Positions 39,882 to 44,555 of a stretch of DNA of 44,555 bases are shown here, piece by piece. Position numbers and translations under genes: made by a program. The first letter of the stretch is position 1, and every line of letters begins with the position of its first letter. This DNA comes from Nitrospinota bacterium (lineage in GTDB: Bacteria; UBA8248). The notes beneath the pieces were generated by a model. The model made no database searches. It was not told the origin of the DNA and saw nothing but the letters and a program-made list of their open reading frames with translations. The DNA lies in NCBI GenBank assembly GCA_036231405.1, contig JAZAHK010000036.1:1-44555 (forward strand), given 5' to 3'.

Positions 39882-40832
39882 ATGGGCAAAGAATATGCCA
39901 TTGCCATAGAAGGCTTAAGTTTCTGTTATGGCGAGCAAAATGCTCTTAAGAATTTTAGTTGTAATATAGAGAAAGGAGAAATCTTTGCGTTACTAGGTCC
40001 CAATGGAGGAGGGAAAACAACTTTATTTAAAATACTGTCTACCCTTCTTCCTATTCAAAAAGGGAACGTAAAAATACTTGATTTAGAATTAACTAAAAAT
40101 CCAAAAGAGATTCGCAAATTCATTGGTGTAGTTTTTCAGAATCCAAGTATAGATTTAAAATTAACCGTAAAAGAAAACATGACTCATTATGGAAGACTTT
40201 TTAATATAAGAGGAAAAACACTACGCAAGAGAATTGAACAAAATTTAGAACACTTTGATCTTAAAGACCGTCAAAGAGAATTAGCTGAAAATTTGTCTGG
40301 AGGTTTAAGGAGAAGACTAGAACTATCTAAAACTCTCATTACAGAACCAAAAATCTTACTTCTGGACGAACCGAGCACAGGATTAGATCCAACTATACGT
40401 ATTGATTTTAGTACGGAACTTAAAAGACTTCAAAAAGAAAATGGTACCACTATCGTATTTACAACACACCATATAGAAGAAGCGGAAAGATGTGACCGGG
40501 TCGGTATCATACATCAAGGACAATTAATTGCCGTGGGAAGACCAGAAGAATTGAAAAAAAATATTGCGCAGGATGTCGTTGTCAAAATCGAAACGAAAAA
40601 TCCAAAAAAACTCAAAGAAGAGGTATTAAAAAAATTTCATTTGGATTCTACTGTAGCAACCGAATATTTAATTATACATACTTCAAAAAACGATGAATCG
40701 ATCCACAAGTTCTATGAATCATTTTCCGATCAAATACAGTCGATTACCATCTCTCAACCATCACTAGAAGATGTTTTCGTCCAAAAAACAGGATATCAAT
40801 TTAAGGATTTAGAAGAAGAATCTAAAGAATAG
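39882..40832 (+). CDS. ABC transporter ATP-binding protein
   Basis: Walker A GPNGGGKT, LSGG signature, LLLDEP, TTH, C-terminal SLEDVF. Confidence 0.95.
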   Translation: MGKEYAIAIEGLSFCYGEQNALKNFSCNIEKGEIFALLGPNGGGKTTLFKILSTLLPIQKGNVKILDLELTKNPKEIRKFIGVVFQNPSIDLKLTVKENMTHYGRLFNIRGKTLRKRIEQNLEHFDLKDRQRELAENLSGGLRRRLELSKTLITEPKILLLDEPSTGLDPTIRIDFSTELKRLQKENGTTIVFTTHHIEEAERCDRVGIIHQGQLIAVGRPEELKKNIAQDVVVKIETKNPKKLKEEVLKKFHLDSTVATEYLIIHTSKNDESIHKFYESFSDQIQSITISQPSLEDVFVQKTGYQFKDLEEESKE

Positions 40833-40844
40833 GAATGTAATAAA

Positions 40845-41624
40845 ATGAATTTTTTTGTGTATAGCTTCACAATATGGCAAAGAGAAATAATTCGATTTTT
40901 AAGGCAACGTAGTCGTATTATTGGAACACTTGGACAACCATTTTTATTTTGGATTCTTCTTGGAAGTGGATTTGGTACCTCCTTTAGACTTAACGGTGTT
41001 GAATTAAGTGAAGGATACCTTGAATATTTTTTCCCCGGCATCCTTGTGATGATGATTTTATTTACTGCTATTTTCTCTACTTTCTCGATTATCGAAGATA
41101 GAAAAATGGGATTTCTTCAAGCAGTACTTGTAGCACCAGTTCCACGAGAGGCCATTATCCTTGGACACATCCTAGGAGGGGCCACTTTATCAATTTTACA
41201 AGGCGTACTATTCCTCTGTGCCGCGCCTATAGTCGGAATTTCTTTAACACTTGAAGTTATAGGATTATCATTTCTCTCCATGCTGGTTATGAGCTTTGCG
41301 TTAACAAGTTTGGGATTAATTTTTGCATGGAAAATTGAATCAACTCAGGGATTTCATTCTATTATGAACCTTTTTCTCATACCTCTATGGCTTATGTCTG
41401 GTGCTGTATTTCCAGAAAGTAGTGCTCATCCTATAGTTGGTTGGTTTATGAAAATAAACCCATTGACTTACGGAGTCACAATCCTAAGAAGATCCCTATA
41501 CCCACTACAAAATAAGATGATTGAAGGACTCCCAGAAACAGTCACTTGCTGGATTGTTATAACTTGTTCCACATTAATTATCTTTGTAATTGCCTCGTTA
41601 ACTGCGAAAAAATATCAAGGATAA
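40845..41624 (+). CDS. ABC-2 type transporter permease
   Basis: RE..RF.R, Y..YF.PG, DR..G.L...LVAP, SGA.FP, NPLTY. Confidence 0.92.
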   Translation: MNFFVYSFTIWQREIIRFLRQRSRIIGTLGQPFLFWILLGSGFGTSFRLNGVELSEGYLEYFFPGILVMMILFTAIFSTFSIIEDRKMGFLQAVLVAPVPREAIILGHILGGATLSILQGVLFLCAAPIVGISLTLEVIGLSFLSMLVMSFALTSLGLIFAWKIESTQGFHSIMNLFLIPLWLMSGAVFPESSAHPIVGWFMKINPLTYGVTILRRSLYPLQNKMIEGLPETVTCWIVITCSTLIIFVIASLTAKKYQG

Positions 41625-41642
41625 AATTTTAAATTTCTAAAC

Positions 41643-41987
41643 TTATTTAAGAAAAGAAACGAAATCTGAAAGAGATTCAAGTTCTTTACTACTTATATAA
41701 GGAAATGCTCTCATTTTTCCTTTTCCCTTAGAAACTACAGTCCTTATAAAGTTTTTAGTTAGATTACGACCCCGTAATTTTGGAGCAATTCCAGTCCCTC
41801 CTGCATTAATACCATGACAAGAGGCACAATTTTTTACAAAAACCTTCTTTCCTTTTATACTCTTTGAAACAACTGAATTTCCACAACAGGCAGAATTTTC
41901 AGGAATAATTTCAGAATTTCTAAGAAAAAAATAGTACCCAGTAATAAACAAACAAGTGACTATTACTACTCCAACCGTAATTCTCAA
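41643..41987 (-). CDS. Membrane-anchored class I monoheme cytochrome c
   Basis: N-terminal hydrophobic helix, G.KVF..NCASCHG, AP.L, G.MRAF distal Met. Confidence 0.88.
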   Translation of the reverse strand: MRITVGVVIVTCLFITGYYFFLRNSEIIPENSACCGNSVVSKSIKGKKVFVKNCASCHGINAGGTGIAPKLRGRNLTKNFIRTVVSKGKGKMRAFPYISSKELESLSDFVSFLK

Positions 41988-42011
41988 AAAACCCTCGTTT
42001 CCAAATTTGTT

Positions 42012-43313
42012 CTACAGAATTTTTTTATGTAAAAATTTTCTTGCATTCTTGCCTGAATATTCAGAAACACATTGTCCATTGCCAATTAGCTTGTATTTAT
42101 AAGTAATAAGTCCCTCAATACCCATTGGGCCTCTAGCATGAATTTTATCAGTTGCAATTCCTACCTCTGCTCCAAATCCATAACGATATCCATCAGCAAA
42201 CCGAGTAGACGCGTTTAACATAATACTTGCCGAATCAACGTTAGATGCAAATTTTTCCGAGGAGTTTTGATTATTAGTAACTATCGAATCGGTATGTCGA
42301 GAACCATATCTATTGATATGGGAAATAGCTTCTTCCATAGTTTCTACTATACGTACAGATATAATAAGATCTAAATATTCTGTCTTCCAGTCATTTTCTG
42401 TAGCTTCCTTAATTTTAGGGAAAATCGAGCAAGTTTTTCTGCAACCGCGAATTTCAACATTTTTATCTATCAATGCTTTAAAAATGGATGGCAGGAATTT
42501 TTCCGCTACGTCCTGGTGAACTAATAAAGTTTCAATTGCATTACAAACCCCTGGATATTGAGTTTTAGAATCAACGGTAAGATTTATTGCCATTTCTTGG
42601 TCAGCAAATGCATCGATATAAAGATGACAAATTCCATCAGTATGACCTAAAACAGGAATATTAGAATTTTCCTTAATATATCTCACAAAATCATTGCCAC
42701 CGCGTGGAATTAATAGATCAATTGTATCGTCTCTAGAAAGCAAAGATTTCACATCTTCCCGTCCTTCTAGTAATTGCAATGTATTTTCTGGCAAACCAGC
42801 ATCTATTAAAGCACTTGACAATAAATCAGTAAGCAACAGATTAGTGTGAAAAGCCTCACGACCACCTTTTAAAATAACAACATTACCAGACTTGATACAC
42901 AATGAGGCAATTTGGACCAATGCATCGGGTCGAGATTCGAAAATAGCTGCGATAACACCAATCGGACAAGTCATTCGATCAAGTTGGAGTCCTTTGTCTA
43001 ACAAAGTGGACATTTGAATTTGATTTAGAGGATCCTGAAGTTCTGAAACAGCCAGCACGCCATCAGAAATTTCTTTAATTTTAAGTTCATCAAGTTTCAG
43101 CCTATCTAGTAAAGGACCTGCAATTTCATCGTTTTTAACCATTAGTTTTGCCACTTCCACATCTTTCTGGTTTTCTTCCAAAATTTGATTAACATGTGAT
43201 TCTAAAATTTCAGAAATCAAGTTAAGGCTTTCATTTCTAATCTCATGGTTTAACGGAGCAAGTTCAAGAAATGCTTTTTGAGCTAGCTCACAAACTAGAC
43301 TTACGTCTGACAT
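42012..43313 (-). CDS. proA: Gamma-glutamyl phosphate reductase
   Basis: PIGV...IFESRP, KGG.EA, PRGG, G.CH.Y.D, CNAIETLL, GS.HTD.I, NASTRFADG..YG.GAEVGI.T.K.HARGP. Confidence 0.97.
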   Translation of the reverse strand: MSDVSLVCELAQKAFLELAPLNHEIRNESLNLISEILESHVNQILEENQKDVEVAKLMVKNDEIAGPLLDRLKLDELKIKEISDGVLAVSELQDPLNQIQMSTLLDKGLQLDRMTCPIGVIAAIFESRPDALVQIASLCIKSGNVVILKGGREAFHTNLLLTDLLSSALIDAGLPENTLQLLEGREDVKSLLSRDDTIDLLIPRGGNDFVRYIKENSNIPVLGHTDGICHLYIDAFADQEMAINLTVDSKTQYPGVCNAIETLLVHQDVAEKFLPSIFKALIDKNVEIRGCRKTCSIFPKIKEATENDWKTEYLDLIISVRIVETMEEAISHINRYGSRHTDSIVTNNQNSSEKFASNVDSASIMLNASTRFADGYRYGFGAEVGIATDKIHARGPMGIEGLITYKYKLIGNGQCVSEYSGKNARKFLHKKIL

Positions 43314-43365
43314 TCAATTCTCCCTAAAAATACCTGTCTAATTAAAAACAAATCTATCCATAATG

Positions 43366-44235
43366 TTAACTTGACTCAATATGTTCAATAATTCGAGTAG
43401 CAATATCATTTTTCTGAATTTCCTCAATTCCTTTAAAACCAGGAGCAGAATTGACTTCAAGAATTACAAAACCATTTTCAGTTTCAAGAAAATCTATTCC
43501 AGCAATTTCTAAACCGCACACAGAGGCTACACGAATTGAAAGGGCTTCAATTTCGTCATTCATTTTAAATTCCTTAAAAATTCCCCCGCGATTATGATTA
43601 GATCTAAATTCACCTTTAGGTACCATACGTCTCACTGAACCAATCACTTTATTGCCTACTACTAAAACTCTTATATCACTATTAGGTTCATTTGAAATAA
43701 ATTCCTGTATGATTATATTTTGTTTTATATTCCACATAACATCAGCAATAGACTGTGATTCATTAATCTTAGATATCTTCATTACACCGTTACCTTGTGA
43801 ACTTCTAGGCAATTTCATAATCACTGGAACACCACCTACGTTATCTAAAGCACTTTTTAAGAATTCTGGATTTGGAGATATGGAACTTTTTAGAATTGGG
43901 AAACCATTAAATGCAAGAAATTGTTGTGTAAAAATTTTATCTCTAGCAATTGAAATTGATTTAGTATTATTAACAACACGATAACCAGAAAATTCCAAAT
44001 GTCTTAATAAATTAAAAGAATAGTCAGATTTACAAGCACCTAACCGGGGAAGAAAAATATCTGCACCATTGAAATATTCATTTGAATATTTCAATGATAA
44101 CGAATCTTTATTTATATTAAGCAGAAATTGATAGGGATCTAATATTTCTGTTTTGTGACCCCTCTTATGTGCAGTATCAGAAAGTCTATTAACACTATAA
44201 AGTTTTTTATCACGACAAAGTATAACTATGTGCAT
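43366..44235 (-). CDS. rimK: RimK family alpha-L-glutamate ligase (ATP-grasp)
   Basis: LYS..RL, PR.G, ARDK, P.I.K, QG.GV, QEFI, DIR..VVG, EFRSN..RGG, EVNS.PG..GIE. Confidence 0.88.
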   Translation of the reverse strand: MHIVILCRDKKLYSVNRLSDTAHKRGHKTEILDPYQFLLNINKDSLSLKYSNEYFNGADIFLPRLGACKSDYSFNLLRHLEFSGYRVVNNTKSISIARDKIFTQQFLAFNGFPILKSSISPNPEFLKSALDNVGGVPVIMKLPRSSQGNGVMKISKINESQSIADVMWNIKQNIIIQEFISNEPNSDIRVLVVGNKVIGSVRRMVPKGEFRSNHNRGGIFKEFKMNDEIEALSIRVASVCGLEIAGIDFLETENGFVILEVNSAPGFKGIEEIQKNDIATRIIEHIESS

Positions 44236-44282
44236 TATATTTATTTCACTAATTAAAATAAAAATATTATATTCTAAAAATT

Positions 44283-44392
44283 AAGAAAAAGGGGGGTCCC
44301 CCTCTATAATTTTATCACCGGTTGGCTTTTAATATAGAGGGGGAGGAAAGTTAGCATGGCAATTGATTTGCCAAGGCAGGTTATTCACATAC
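44283..44392 (-). ncRNA. Candidate sigma-54-dependent small RNA or structured leader
   Basis: No ORF. Lies between a sigma-54 consensus and a U-tract. Contains a TGGCAA/TTGCCA hairpin, CTTTCCTCCCCC and a perfect 12-bp stem (44297-44308 / 44333-44344). Confidence 0.5.
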
Positions 44393-44401
44393 TTATATAT
44401 G

Positions 44402-44418
44402 TGCAAATAACGTGCCAA
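44402..44418 (-). promoter_or_regulatory. Sigma-54 (-24/-12) promoter
   Basis: Minus strand reads TTGGCACG-TTAT-TTGCA, matching TGGCACG-N4-TTGCW, with AT-rich sequence upstream. Confidence 0.82.
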
Positions 44419-44555
44419 CTAATATAATTTATGGCTAAACTACTATTATAAAAGGTAATATAGTAATTTTAAAATTTATTTAATAATAAAAATCGAAGAA
44501 TATTAAACGATATATTGGAATTATACTATATATCGTATGTTATTAATGTTTTTTA

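Overview
AT-rich bacterial chromosomal window from a Gram-negative (MlaA/VacJ, RND pump, periplasmic binding proteins), aerobic, probably heterotrophic organism. A marine Nitrospinota/SAR324-like or similar uncultured lineage is only a guess. It holds about 42 genes and one tRNA-Arg(ACG). I see no integrase, transposase, prophage or CRISPR array. In order: DacZ-like diadenylate cyclase, an unannotated small membrane ORF, a SAM methyltransferase, gatA-gatB (no gatC); assorted housekeeping genes (2-hydroxyacid dehydrogenase, VOC/epimerase, AEC and TVP38 membrane proteins, queG, IMPase); a glcG-tctCBA-Gfo/Idh/MocA-hydrolase catabolic operon; an RND+MFP pump; phage-like thyX; ispH-mlaA; cupin-hydrolase; tRNA-Arg; MBL hydrolase and VOC protein divergent from a TAXI-TRAP transporter; an atypical crotonase with a CaiB CoA-transferase; an extended A1-type cytochrome c oxidase operon; cytochrome c, proA and rimK. 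The best candidate for something undescribed is at the right end: a near-consensus sigma-54 promoter on the minus strand upstream of a ~105-nt structured RNA with an anti-Shine-Dalgarno motif and mutually exclusive hairpins, upstream of rimK-proA. All calls come from motif recognition by eye; no database search was run.
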